A DNA stretch of 54,178 nt, filler included, from Catajapyx aquilonaris (Eukaryota), in assembly GCA_000934665.2 (NCBI GenBank). It is 2 parts of 2 records of this genome, joined end to end, with 100 filler letters (N's around TTAATTAATTAA, not from the genome) between each part and the next. Parts side by side here need not be neighbours in the genome. Positions count along the whole stretch, not along the records: positions 1 to 27,040 come from JYFJ02005123.1; positions 27,141 to 54,178 come from JYFJ02005124.1. One strand, given 5' to 3'. Numbering within the stretch: the first letter of the stretch is position 1; each line of letters opens with the position of its first letter. The notes beneath the pieces are model-generated. The model worked only from the letters and a program-made list of their open reading frames with translations. It did not search any database and was not told where the DNA came from. Position numbers and translations under genes: made by a program. Shown piece by piece: positions 21,810-32,542 of this stretch.

Positions 21810-23743
21810 TAGGGCGGCTCGAAAAACCCTTTTTTTCGAAAGTTGCAGTTCGCTAGTGAAAAAAAAGTTGTGTTGGGCGATCCTTTTAACAGGTAAAAAA
21901 TCTGAGTCATGTGGGTTAATATCCTACGGCTCCGCCAGGGGCGTAAGTGACGCAACTTCCGGTTTTACGTTTTTTGGTGTGCCAGTACACTTACCCGGCC
22001 TAAACATGAAAAGTTGTGGCCCACCGGGGGTGAAATGTCGTTATCTTTGCGATATCTTGCACCGTTGACGAGATATTGACCAAAACCCCAGGTTCAAAAA
22101 TTACACGGCTCTGCAAAAAAACACTCTCTTTCGCTCTTTTGAAAACTTTTATGTGCTTTTTATGGATTTTGGGGTGCTGAATCCGAATCCGGCAACAGAT
22201 TTGCTCTATCACGTAAAGTTTTTGAGATATATCGTTTTAAAACTTTGGACGGTTTACTAGGGGTCTTTCCGAATCAAGTGGGCCTAAATGTTGCTAGACC
22301 GCCTCGGATCTTGGTGAAAATAATCACAGATGTACTCATCTATTCCTTAACGCTTCCTATAAAAATTCATCCATATTGCTCAATACTATGATGAGGGGGA
22401 AAATCGCAAACATCTGGAAATGGCTGAGAATGAGGCCTTTTTTGGAGATTTTTTTTTCGGTTAGTGCAAGTGGTCAAACCCCAATGAACACATATATCAA
22501 AAGAAAGGGAAACACCAGGACAATGCGCCTGTGGAATTAGTTTTCCTCTCAAATGTAAGAATAAATTCTTATAGCATTTCATTTGTCACTTGCTCAGTCA
22601 CATGCCCAAGAATATATTGTGACCTCAACAATTATAATCGACTGTCCTTGGCCGACTCCCTCTCGTACCTTTTACACTTATACAAAAACGTATATCACTG
22701 GTTCGGGCAGTCCTGCGGGGAAAACCCTTACGCAGTCCTGGATATACACTGCGACAACTGTGAAAAACAACAATTCTTGATTTAAGTGTCGTATCTCCCA
22801 AAATTTGCGTTTTCTCAAAATATGTACGAGATAGAGCCATTCTGACTTCAGATCTGGATTCAGCACACCTTCATCTATATAGTCCATCTGCTTTTATCCA
22901 AAAAGGATTTTTCTGCAGAACATGTTGAGGTCACAATATATTCTTGGGCATGTGACTGTGCAAGTGACAAATGAAATGCTATAAGAATTTATTCTTACAT
23001 TTTAGAGGAAAACTAATTCCACAGGCGCATTGTCCTGGTGTTTCCCTTTCTTTTGATATATGTGTTCATTGGGGTTTGACCACTTGCACTAACCGAAAAA
23101 AAAAATTCCAAAAAAGGCCTCATTCTCAGCCATTTCCAGATGTTTGCGATTTTTCCCCTCATCATAGTATTGAGCAATATGGATGAATTTTTATAGGAAG
23201 CGTTAAGGAATAGATGAGTACATCTGTGATTATTTTCACCAAGATCCGAGGCGGTCTAGCAACATTTAGGCCCACTTGATTCGGAAAGACCCCTAGTAAA
23301 CGGTCCAAAGTTTTAAAACGATATATCTCAAAAACTTTACGTGATAGAGCAAATCTGTTGCCGGATTCGGATTCAGCACCCCAAAATCCATAAAAAGCAC
23401 ATAAAAGTTTTCAAAAGAGCGAAAGAGAGTGTTTTTTTGCAGAGCCGTGTAATTTTTGAACCTGGGGTTTTGGTCAATATCTCGTCAACGGTGCAAGATA
23501 TCGCAAAGATAACGACATTTCACCCCCACTGGGCCACAACTTTTCATGTTTAGGCCGGGTAAGTGTACTGGCACACCAAAAAACGTAAAACCGGAAGTTG
23601 CGTCACTTACGCCCCTGGCGGAGCCGTAGGATATTAACCCACATGACTCAGATTTTTTACCTGTTAAAAGGATCGCCCAACACAACTTTTTTTTCACTAG
23701 CGAACTACAACTTTCGAAAAAAAGTGTTTTTCGAGCCGCCCTA
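21810..23743. mobile_element. Young foldback element: 821-bp inverted arms, 292-bp spacer, 8-bp TSD (hAT-like)
   Basis: TSD ATGCACAG at 21802-21809 and 23744-23751; TAGGGCGGCTCGAAAAA termini; arms 21810-22630 and 22923-23743 nearly identical (mirror ORFs appear in the track). Confidence 0.93.
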
Positions 23744-24411
23744 ATGCACAGCCTGAGCCGCGCGGCGGGAACTGGGCGAGAATAATGGGCGGCAGCTGCG
23801 TCCAAAATATACTTGAACAGCTCAAGATATCGCGGTGAATTCAAACGCGGGCTATACAAAGATGGATCTAAGACACACTATATCTGTGGGATGGATTATT
23901 ATAAGACCATTACGATTCCTCTCAATGCACTGAAGTTGTGAACCGGTTATTACACGGACCACGCGAATGCCTGTTAATGTTATTGTTATCTCCTGAAAAT
24001 GCTGATCTAGTCTATGAGGGACTTTTTGGAGTGCGTGTATTGGTGTATACAGCATCACTATTTCATCATTTCACTATTTAATTCAGGAATCAGGAGTTAT
24101 CTAATAAGGAAGGTCTGCCTGCTGGGCTCGACATGGAATGCCATCCATTACCAATCATTAGTCAGAGTCGTTTAGCCGTCTCACAGGAAACGTTACCTCC
24201 TGGGCACACCTCGCGGAGGTGATAATGAAGGTAGTGAATAAATGAGGTAGTGAAAAATATTACGGGATGTGTAATGAAGGCAATGATCTTCAGTAGTGGA
24301 AAGCCGGGAGGCATGGGACACTTTTTAGATATTCATTAAAATATTCATGAAATGTTTTTTGTTTGTTTTCATTTATATGCTAGGTCATGAAGTGGAATCA
24401 TGTGCACAATA

Positions 24412-25000
24412 CAGGGTGTCCCATCTTTTTTGTCCGAACAGTTATCGGAAAATTACGCGTAGCTGCTCCTTTTTAAGCAGTGACTTGCAACCGGTGATTT
24501 TGAGGGGTGTGGGGGAAAAACAGTCATGATAACTGACATTTTTGTCATTTTTGACCTAAACACCTACAACTCGTATGTATAAGACATGCCAAACAGTTTG
24601 GTATACTCCAAGTTCATGTATCATGCACGAGACGGCCACACGAACTAGATTAAAACCAGCATTCCCTATGATTTGTTAAGGAAATGCAAACTTCAATTCG
24701 CTCTCCTGAAATATTACACCTTTGTCAGTTATCATGTTTTCCCCCCACACCCCTCATTTGTCGGAGGAATGGGGAATGGGGAAAAAGAGGGTCACACATC
24801 CCATGGCATGTGTGACCCTCTTTTTTTCAGGCTTGCGCCTCAATTTTCAGCGGGCAGCACGTATGCCACTTCAACCTGCGATTCGAAAAAAATATTCCCC
24901 GTTCCTCCGAAAAATCACCTGTTTCAAGTCACTGCTTTAAAAGTAGCAGCTACACGCAATTTTCCGATAACTGTTCGGACAAAAAAGATGGGACACCCTG
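24412..25000. mobile_element. Tc1/mariner-type MITE with ~95-bp TIRs
   Basis: TA flanks; CAGGGTGTCCCATCTTTTTTGTCCGAACAGTTATCGGAAAATT and its exact inverse. Confidence 0.9.
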
Positions 25001-25701
25001 TATATCGCAATTAATTCTACCATATAATCATTGCAGGCTTTGCAACTATTTCTTTTTGCCACCGCGGCATATGTCCCATTCCTCCCCCATGTGCGGGAGG
25101 AATGGGATGCTCCAGGGGGAGGATTGGGACATGCTTAAATAGGCGACATAATTAGCATTTTTCCTGCTTTATTCCACATGGGGACATAATACACAGCAAA
25201 ATTCTGCAAGTCCACAGCAAAGGACATGCGAGTGATTCATTCGATCCGTACCCCTTGTTGGATAGGCATTGGCAACTTCATCACTAAGTCAGATCGACTA
25301 GCACAACCACAGTCTTCAATGTCCGGAAAGGAAAAAAAAGTGCTGCTGGCCTTATTTTTGCGCCAATATTTTGCCTCAATATCTTGTTCGTCTACAGAAA
25401 CCACTTGACCTGTGTAGTAAACAACGTTCTTTGCACTGGTAGCCTACGTTTGAACATTACATATAGGAATGGGGCGTCCCATACCTCCTGAATAGCTCCA
25501 AATTGCAAACATGGATGGCTTGTCTTTACAGAAGTAAGCATGGCAGACTATCATCACATCCAGCTTTATCTAAGGAAACATACAGCATTGCACAGCTCCT
25601 TGTTCGACAAGTCTATCTGCATTATATGCACGTCAAACTGCATTCAAACATTATAACAAAACCTTACTTTTTAATGGCCAAATCAATAAGTATTTTGTAC
25701 C

Positions 25702-26024
25702 GCCGGGGAGACGGAGTGGCGCCGCGGTAACGCGCGCGCCCACGGAAGTTAAGGTCCCGGGTTCAATCCCCACCCGGGGTTCCCACCTTCCTTCGTGCAG
25801 AGTTGGGCCATCTCTGGCTTCGTTTCGGATGGCAATTTCCGGCAGACTAAGCCACCCGGGGGAGTTCACAAAATGACGATTAGAGACATTGCACTTGCAC
25901 TTTGCACATCCCCTCCCACCCACCCTTGGAGCATACTAATTAAGATTCTTCTTAAACTCGCTCCAAAAACAAATTTCAAATAAGGAGTAGTATAACTCCC
26001 CCCGTGGGGTAATGAAAAAAAAAT
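25702..26024 (+). mobile_element. tRNA-derived SINE
   Basis: A box TGGCGCCGCGG, B box GGTTCAATCCC, 3' CGTGGGGTAATG plus A tail, TSD AGTATTTTGTACC (25689-25701 and 26025-26037). Confidence 0.88.
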
Positions 26025-26179
26025 AGTATTTTGTACCAGGCTGAAAACGAGAGACCTCTCCCACTAACAAGCTCAGACTGGAATTGATGCCAGTTGTCAC
26101 CTACCAGTCAGGGATTTTGAAGGTGTCCCATACCTCCCTAGTCCCATCTCCCGACTTTCCCCTTATCCCCTATACTTAT

Positions 26180-26805
26180 TGTTAGTAGGATACCGGTACC
26201 TCTGTCTATCGAGGACGGCGTGGAGGTGTCACGTCGTCGGTTCACGCTTACCACGATGGTATGGCAGATGAATGGAGTTAATCTAAGTTTTCCCCCTCCT
26301 CCAGCACATGTCTCCGCAATGCCTCACGAGTCCTGTCCTGACCCGATCACCATCTCCTCACCATGATGCCCCAGATGTTTTCTATGATGTCCACTGATAT
26401 CGGTCGACTTGGGGGACGCCGCGCCGTCCGTCCGGGGTATTCCTTGAACCATTGTGATGTCTCCCTGAAGGTGTGTGTGGGTAACTGGCGCATGGACTGG
26501 TGGGAGGATGATTCAAGGCTGGTTAGATGGGAATGACATGACGCTCTGAAGATCGACTGGTCCTCTTGTCGCAGTTGACTGTGACACCATCCTTATATAG
26601 TATACAGTATAGTGAACACGCTTTGATATTCCTGAAGTGGTCCATGTTGATTTGCTTCTAGAGCCAACAGTCAGACAGACATAATTATATCCACAAATAC
26701 TGTACAGGATGATCCAAAAGTATAGACACATAGGTTGGTTGACAACTGCAAACCTGGCAACCAACAATACAATTACCTATGTTTCCATACTTTTGGGTCA
26801 CCCTG
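26180..26805 (-). pseudogene. Degenerate Tc1-like transposase C-terminus with one TIR
   Basis: Minus strand gives QWFKEYP...PPKSTD...IIENIWGIMVRRW across frameshifts (cf. WPxxSPDLNPIENxW); TA-CAGGGTGACCCAAAAGTATGG terminus at 26805. Confidence 0.75.
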
Positions 26806-26970
26806 TATATATTATATTAGGCAATTATTGCCTGTGAAGCAGATATTTATTTCCGACTCTTCTAGCACACTTGCACTCGTCATTCCTCCCAGATCTTAAT
26901 TCTCACGCTTCTCGCTCTCCTCCATTTCCTACCACGGTTCTTTCTCATCATACCCATCCAACAATCTTCT

Positions 26971-27007
26971 CAAAAACAAAACCAAAACCAAAACCAAAAC
27001 CAAAACC
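26971..27007 (+). repeat. (CAAAAC)n microsatellite next to the gap
   Basis: Directly visible tandem hexamer. Confidence 0.9.
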
Positions 27008-27040
27008 ATGACAACATCCACAACAAGAGCCAACAACTGA

Positions 27041-27140
27041 NNNNNNNNNNNNNNNNNNNNNNNNNNNNNNNNNNNNNNNNNNNNTTAATTAATTAANNNN
27101 NNNNNNNNNNNNNNNNNNNNNNNNNNNNNNNNNNNNNNNN
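27041..27140. other. Assembly gap / artificial linker N44-TTAATTAATTAA-N44
   Basis: Exactly 100 bp with a central six-frame stop-codon linker. Confidence 0.95.
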
Positions 27141-27288
27141 AAATCGCCTATTGCGATCAAGTGAATAGCAATATGCTCAGAGCGATTTGAAAATAGCAGC
27201 TTTTTTAAACTGCTAAGCGATTTTTGTCCCATCCCTAGAAGAGAAGAGTTGCTGGGTGAGACAATCCACTGAATCCAGTGTGTCCTGA

Positions 27289-28614
27289 ATGATGGGGGCT
27301 TTAGGAGTGGTTGTCCGTCGGGCCATGTCGACGGCGGCTCCCAAGCGGTTCTTCAGACGCGTAGGGGTGGTGAGCAGCGGTGGTCCTCATCCGCCCAGCT
27401 ACGAGATCACCCTGGACCAGAAGAAGCTGAAGACACCGGGCGGGAAGGTGTTCAAGGTGCCCACGGAGGGACTGGCCCAGGCGGTGGCAGCAGAGTGGGA
27501 CATGCAGGAGGAGGTCATACACATGCCCTCCATGCACCTGGTACGGGGTCAAATCTGTGGATTGTTGCAGTATGAGTCCAACAATCAGCGGCCTTGTTGT
27601 TACATGCGGCTCATTCTGTGGACATGTGCCACAACGTGTTACTTTCACTAGTGACATGAACCACTTTGGCCTTCTAGGTCGCATTGTTGGAGGCGTACCG
27701 TACCATTTAACCTACTCGGTTGTCAATTTCAGACAGGTTTGTGCAACACCGCTATGGACAACTACAGAAGAAGGGAGGAGCTAATCAACCACCTCCTCGA
27801 GTACTTGCGGACCGATACACTCACCTGTAGGATGGAGGTAAAGTGCACGCTGCTTCAATGCTCATCTGTGCTGGGCTGAAATCGTCATGTATGGACATTT
27901 CCACGTGTAATACCCACTGTGATGTTGACTGGGTGCATCACCAAATATATGACGTACTTTAGCGTAGCATAGTAGCATCAGTGACTTGAGGATCAATGGG
28001 CTATTTCTGGAAGGAATTTGGTAGGATATATACCCTGCCAGCTATTACAGAAATGCAACTTCCCTTTAATGTTACAGGTTCAAAACCCCAAACATTTCAA
28101 TTAAGGCACATGCGTCATGCATGTTTAATAAGCAGCCATGGTAATCAGCAGTTCTAAGCCACAACATTTCTCCTAGGAGCCTCCTGAACTGGCAGAGTTC
28201 CAAGCCGAGCACTGGGATCCAGTCCTGTCCTGGTTCAATTCCACCTTCGATGCCACTTTAACTCCTTCAGTCGAGTTAGTGGGTCCTACTGTGTCCGAGT
28301 CAACTGTACGCTCCGTGCAACGCCACCTCACTTCCTATCCAACATGGTCTCTGCACGGCGTCAGCTATGGAGTGGAGAGCACAAAGTCTTTTGTCCTGGT
28401 TTTGGCAGCCCTTGAACGCCACCTGACTGTGGAAGAGGCAGTACGTTTGTGCCGCTTGGAGGTTGAGTTCCAGACCCGCCAGTGGGGATCTGTTCCTTGG
28501 GCTCACGATCTTGAAGAGCAGGACACGAGGGCCAGGCTCGCAGCCGCAGTCTTGTTTGTTCACTTCTCCAGCAATTTGGAGGCCGTCAGGGTAAAAAAGG
28601 TCCGTCCTCAGTGA
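27289..28614 (+). CDS. ATPAF2: Mitochondrial F1 ATP synthase assembly factor 2 (ATP12); exons 27289-27540, 27733-27837, 28177-28614
   Basis: PKRFFRRV, YEITLDQKKLKTP, LAQAVAAEWD, MHL|TGLCNTAMD, LEYLRTDT, WDPVLSWF, CRLEVEFQTRQWGSVPWAHD; GT-AG junctions in frame. Confidence 0.95.
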
Positions 28615-29158
28615 AGCTGGCAAGCACGAATCATCACAAGCTGCAGGAGGATGAACACAGGAGACATCACCTCCGAATACTCCAGGGTGCTCTGTCCACT
28701 CAGCTTGCAGCACAGGAGGAACTTGAACACAAACAAGACCACCAGCACTGCTGCACTCCAGGCTGCACGCAAGAGGGCGTTCTTGTATGTACCTGAGGAG
28801 TGAGTGTTTATTTATATGTAAATGATTGAAATTAATAATAAATAGGCTTTAGAATCTATTCTGTCTCATTGCTATAACTACTGCGACAAATTACTGAATT
28901 TATTCAACACACCAACGTAAGTAGCCTGCAGTACCCACCTTCTAAGTACGTTCGGATGAAGACAATGACACAGAAGTAGGCGTTGAGTGCATCACTGACA
29001 AACAGTGGGGTGAAAATGGCCCACCAGGAAGCAAGCAGTGTTCCCTGGCATTTGAGAGCCAGCAGCACGGAAAAGATGAACATGCACACCAGCAGGACCC
29101 ATATCTCGAAAAGGGTCAGTCCAAGCCAGCGCACCAGTTCCTTAAGTGTGAAAAACAT
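28608..29158 (-). CDS. TMEM203: Transmembrane protein 203 (134 aa); exons 29158-28939 and 28792-28608
   Basis: MFFTLKELVRWLGLTLFEIW...SWWAIFTPLFVSDALNAYF...FVFKFLLCCKL...SPVFILLQLVMIRACQLH* matches TMEM203 end to end. Confidence 0.93.
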
Positions 29159-29202
29159 GGCCTACCCTTACAACTACTAGTCTCTTTCTTACAGCTTGCG
29201 CA

Positions 29203-29834
29203 CTACCGCCTGGAACCTCCACCGGTTCCAATTCCAGGAGACACAAGTGCCACACGGTACACTTTAATGTGCACTGCTGAGTTATTCCGAATCTGCGTCT
29301 CTGCGTCCAGGGAGTCCTGTTGTGGCTCTAGGTCATCTAATTGGTGCAGAGTACTGTGTTAGTATTGCAAACATCGTGGCTCCTGTAGTATACTTACCAA
29401 CAATTTCAACAGTTGAGGTGTTGGTTGAAAGTTCTAATGTGCCTAAGTACTGCTTGTCCAGCTGAAGAGACAGGTTGATGGCACGAGCTACAGCAGCACC
29501 CAACCCATGTATGTACAGCTCTGTTTCACCTGAGTCTAGAAGTTTACGGCAACGTTCAAGTTGGGCCTAAAATAGTCCGAGGGAGACGATTACCGTACCT
29601 ATTAGTGCCATAAAAACGATTCAATTTGAAACCCTGGTATACCTTGAAGTTGGTCTTGTTGGTAACATAAATATCGTTGTGCCTCCTAGGTAGTCTGGGT
29701 GGAAGTCGCTTCCTGAGAACAAATTCCTCTGGGTCTAGCCTGATCCTCTCCCTCTTGGCAGGGGGCTCGCAGCTGTGGTCCGACTGGGAACCCACCCCTC
29801 CAGTCGCTCCCACCGCAGAAGCACCCTCCGCCAT
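29203..29834 (-). CDS. POP7: RNase P/MRP subunit Rpp20 (Alba fold); exons 29834-29643, 29566-29398, 29336-29203
   Basis: LRKRLPPRLPRRHNDIYVTNKTNFK|AQLERCRKLLD...IHGLGAAVARAINLSLQL...TSTVEIV|DDLEP...RNNSAVHIKVYR. Confidence 0.95.
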
Positions 29835-30417
29835 ACGCCTCCAACTAGCTGCCTCAACTCAACCCTGCAATAAGAAACATCTTATAAACATGGTGCTCGG
29901 TCGTCACACTTGGTGTTAAGTCGTCACACTTGGTGCAGTATAAAGCTGGAAAAAGATAATCACCCCCATATTTGATGACTTTGTGAACTTGGGAAATTTC
30001 CAAATTCATCATTTAACATCATTAGCAATCAACGAAGGTGACATTAGGTCAAGGCAAAATCCATCCACGAATTCCATTTTAATCTCATTAATTTGCTGCT
30101 TCTCCGCTACCATATGGACCACTAGCGAACCTTAATCAATGCAGTTTTTGCAGCCAAAATATGCCACATCTTCTGCCTCTCTCTACCAAAGCGAACTTTA
30201 ATAATCCGGCTGGTGTCGAGACGCACTCCGCCGCTACAAAGGCTGCTTGGTGCATTACTTCCTATGTATACTACCAAGCAGTACTAGTACCTTGCCAAAC
30301 AGTTTGCTAACCCAGCATGACCTTTTGACCTGCCCCTCACCTCTTTAGTGCACCACGCTTCACAACAACTGCTGCACATTTCACAAGGAAAAAAAATTGC
30401 GGATTATGACAGTCAGT

Positions 30418-30870
30418 CAGAGTTGCCAGATCGTGAGATCGAGTAAATGGTACCAACCCTCGAAATAAATGGTACTTTTCCGGAAAAGATGGTACATTTC
30501 AAAAATGGCGTAATTAATGTTAATTAAAGACAATTTAAATTTAAATAGCCGTAATTAAAAAGTTAACCATGATAAAGTAGTCGAAACCGGGGAAAGTAGT
30601 AAAGTACTGGCGGGGAGGGAAAAGCGCGCCGCAGGCGAAAATTTTCTTTTGGTTCAAGGTCACACAAGTTTTGGTGAATGTAACCTACTGGGAGATTTGA
30701 ATAGGTGTATATGTGGTTAAATTGGTATCACGCTTTTCATGGAAGTGGAATTGCAGAGTAACATTGGACTTGACAAAATAATGGTACTTTTTGCGTACCA
30801 TTATGGTACATGGTACGGAACCCGAAATTATGGTATGAATACCATAATTATGGTACATCTGGTAACACTG
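30418..30870. mobile_element. hAT-type MITE
   Basis: 8-bp TSD CAGTCAGT (30410-30417, 30871-30878); TIR CAGAGTTGCCAGAT / ATCTGGTAACACTG; repeated ATGGTAC subterminal motif. Confidence 0.9.
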
Positions 30871-30951
30871 CAGTCAGTTGTCAGTGAAGCGGCGTTGCCT
30901 GACAGCCTTCCTGCGTTGCCAGATGGGCGCGGACGAATCGATTTATGGCTC

Positions 30952-31392
30952 CTAATTCTGGTTCCCTCCCTGGCTCCTCTCCAGCATGAAGGCCTCGTGC
31001 TTCCCCTTCAGAAGGTCCAGAAGGATCCCCCTGAGGGAGGTCAACCCCTGTCGCACCTGGTCCTCCTGCCCCGACCGCAGCACCCTTCCCAACTCCCTGA
31101 TCTGCCCCTGGTCCAGGTTGATGACGTCCGCCCCCCTGATCCCTTCCCAGAGTTCCTTTCCTTTCCTGGCCACGTCCCCTGGCCTGTCCCTCAGGAGTCT
31201 GGAGCACTCCACCAGCGCCTTCAGAGTCTCCACGTCCTGGTCAGGCTCCAACTCCTGGTCCTGGTCCGGATCCACTTGGCGGTCCAGATACTGGCTAAAG
31301 TCCCTCAGGCCATCCGGATCGGACAGAAGGTCCGAGAGAGAGCAGGTCCATTGCCTGGAGGTGGAGGCAGGACCGCAGAGGGGGTCCAGCAT
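30952..31392 (-). CDS. 146-aa stand-alone RGS-domain-like protein, single coding exon
   Basis: WTCSLSDLLSDPDGLRDFSQYL...ETLKALVEC...KGKELW...VINLD...ILLDLLKGKHEAFM follows the RGS helix pattern; GC-rich, coding-like composition. Confidence 0.7.
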   Translation of the reverse strand: MLDPLCGPASTSRQWTCSLSDLLSDPDGLRDFSQYLDRQVDPDQDQELEPDQDVETLKALVECSRLLRDRPGDVARKGKELWEGIRGADVINLDQGQIRELGRVLRSGQEDQVRQGLTSLRGILLDLLKGKHEAFMLERSQGGNQN

Positions 31393-32329
31393 GGCGCATG
31401 GTGCCTACAGGGCGCCGCGTCGAAGACTGGCAGCAATGGCTGCGCAGGCGTGTGTTGCCCGATGCGCTCTGTTCGGTTGCCAAGACGAGTGAGGGCACAC
31501 ACCTGCAACCTTGGATCTGTTCCCAGCACCTGTCACAGTATTGTTCTGGTTCGGTGCCTCTCTATTCACACATCATGTACAGGGTGTGCTGTCAGCGGCT
31601 ATAGGGTGCGGCCCCCGTCAGGAGATAAAAAATGCAACGAAATTGACTGGCCAAGATATTGAACATCCACTTACCATGAATTGGCTTTGAAGAGTGGTCA
31701 AGATTGGGTCAAGAAGTACCCTGTATAAAACGGAGCGGAAATTATCAAAAGAGATAAGATCATGGCCCAGTATAAACAGCTGGCTTACTTTTTGGGTCAC
31801 AGCAAGTCAAGTGGCGGAGTGCTTGCAACAATGGCGTTCTCACGTCATTCCGGATTTGCGATGTGGCGTTAATTGCATTGTATGTAAATGGTGTATTTGT
31901 GGGAAAAACACCTTTCTCTACCAGTGCAGCTGAAAATGGTTCTACTCGAACTGTTCTGTCACACCCGGTCACACCCCTTCTTGAAGAGTTCAGTAGCCGG
32001 AACGAATTGTGATGCTACAGAGTCATATCCGGCAGCGAATATAGACGGTGTTGAGCAATTATCTGGAGAGGACCATGCAATATGGGGCAGATTGCACTGG
32101 AACTATTATTAGATATGCTTTCAGGCAGGGAGTAGTGTGTGTTGCGGTGTGTGCAGGATAACAGGGCGCCTCTTCTTTCATCCTTGAATATGAGGCATTT
32201 TACATGGTGCATTTATACGTGTTTTCTAGACCTTTTTGCTCTTGTTTAGTTATTTTAAACCCGCAAATGACCGGAGTCTCAATGTTTCAGCCTCATTGAG
32301 CAATACCATTGGGAGGGGAAAAATCGACA

Positions 32330-32542
32330 ATGAAAATATGTAAAAATACATTTTATTTACATTTTACTATTTTAGAGAAAAAAGAATTCCATGGGCGCAT
32401 TCTCCTGGTGTTTATCGTACTTTGATATATATAATGTTCATTGGGCTTTGACCAATTCCACTTACCGAAAAATATTCTCCATAAGAGGCATAATTTTCGG
32501 GCATTTTAACTTTCAAAAAATTAAACAAATCGGCCCACCCTA
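32330..32542. mobile_element. Remnant related to the 21810-23743 element
   Basis: GGCGCATT.TCCTGGTGTTT...TTTGATATAT...GTTCATTGGG.TTTGACCA shared with ~23020-23090; ends in CGGCCCACCCTA. Confidence 0.6.

Larger units (their letters stand above)
24294..26165 (-). mobile_element. pogo-like deletion derivative hosting a nested MITE and a SINE
   Basis: Imperfect TIRs TAGTGGAAAGCCGGGAGGCATGGGAC versus (reverse complement) TAAGGGGAAAGTCGGGAGATGGGAC; internal GTCCCAT.CCTCC motifs; minus-strand remnant GQVVSVDEQDIEAKYWRK...FPDIED...DLVMKLPMP at ~25240-25410. Confidence 0.6.

Noticed and set aside
22631..22790. IHCDNCEKQ in the foldback spacer as a DNCxxQNKN transposase motif
   Set aside because: Partial match only, with no supporting context
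21763..23859. Pairs of near-identical ORFs on opposite strands suggesting duplicated genes
   Set aside because: Mirror images created by the foldback arms; not protein-like
27085..27096. TTAATTAATTAA as a piggyBac target or biological motif
   Set aside because: Artificial linker inside Ns; it also means the left/right contrast in gene density may not reflect true adjacency
29159..29202. Mini-intron or readthrough fusing Rpp20 to TMEM203
   Set aside because: The GT..AG span is only ~31 nt, lies after the stop codon, and the two ORFs are out of frame
30739..31662. 307-aa plus-strand ORF, the longest in the track
   Set aside because: Begins inside a hAT MITE and is the antisense shadow of the GC-rich RGS-like ORF; no recognisable domain
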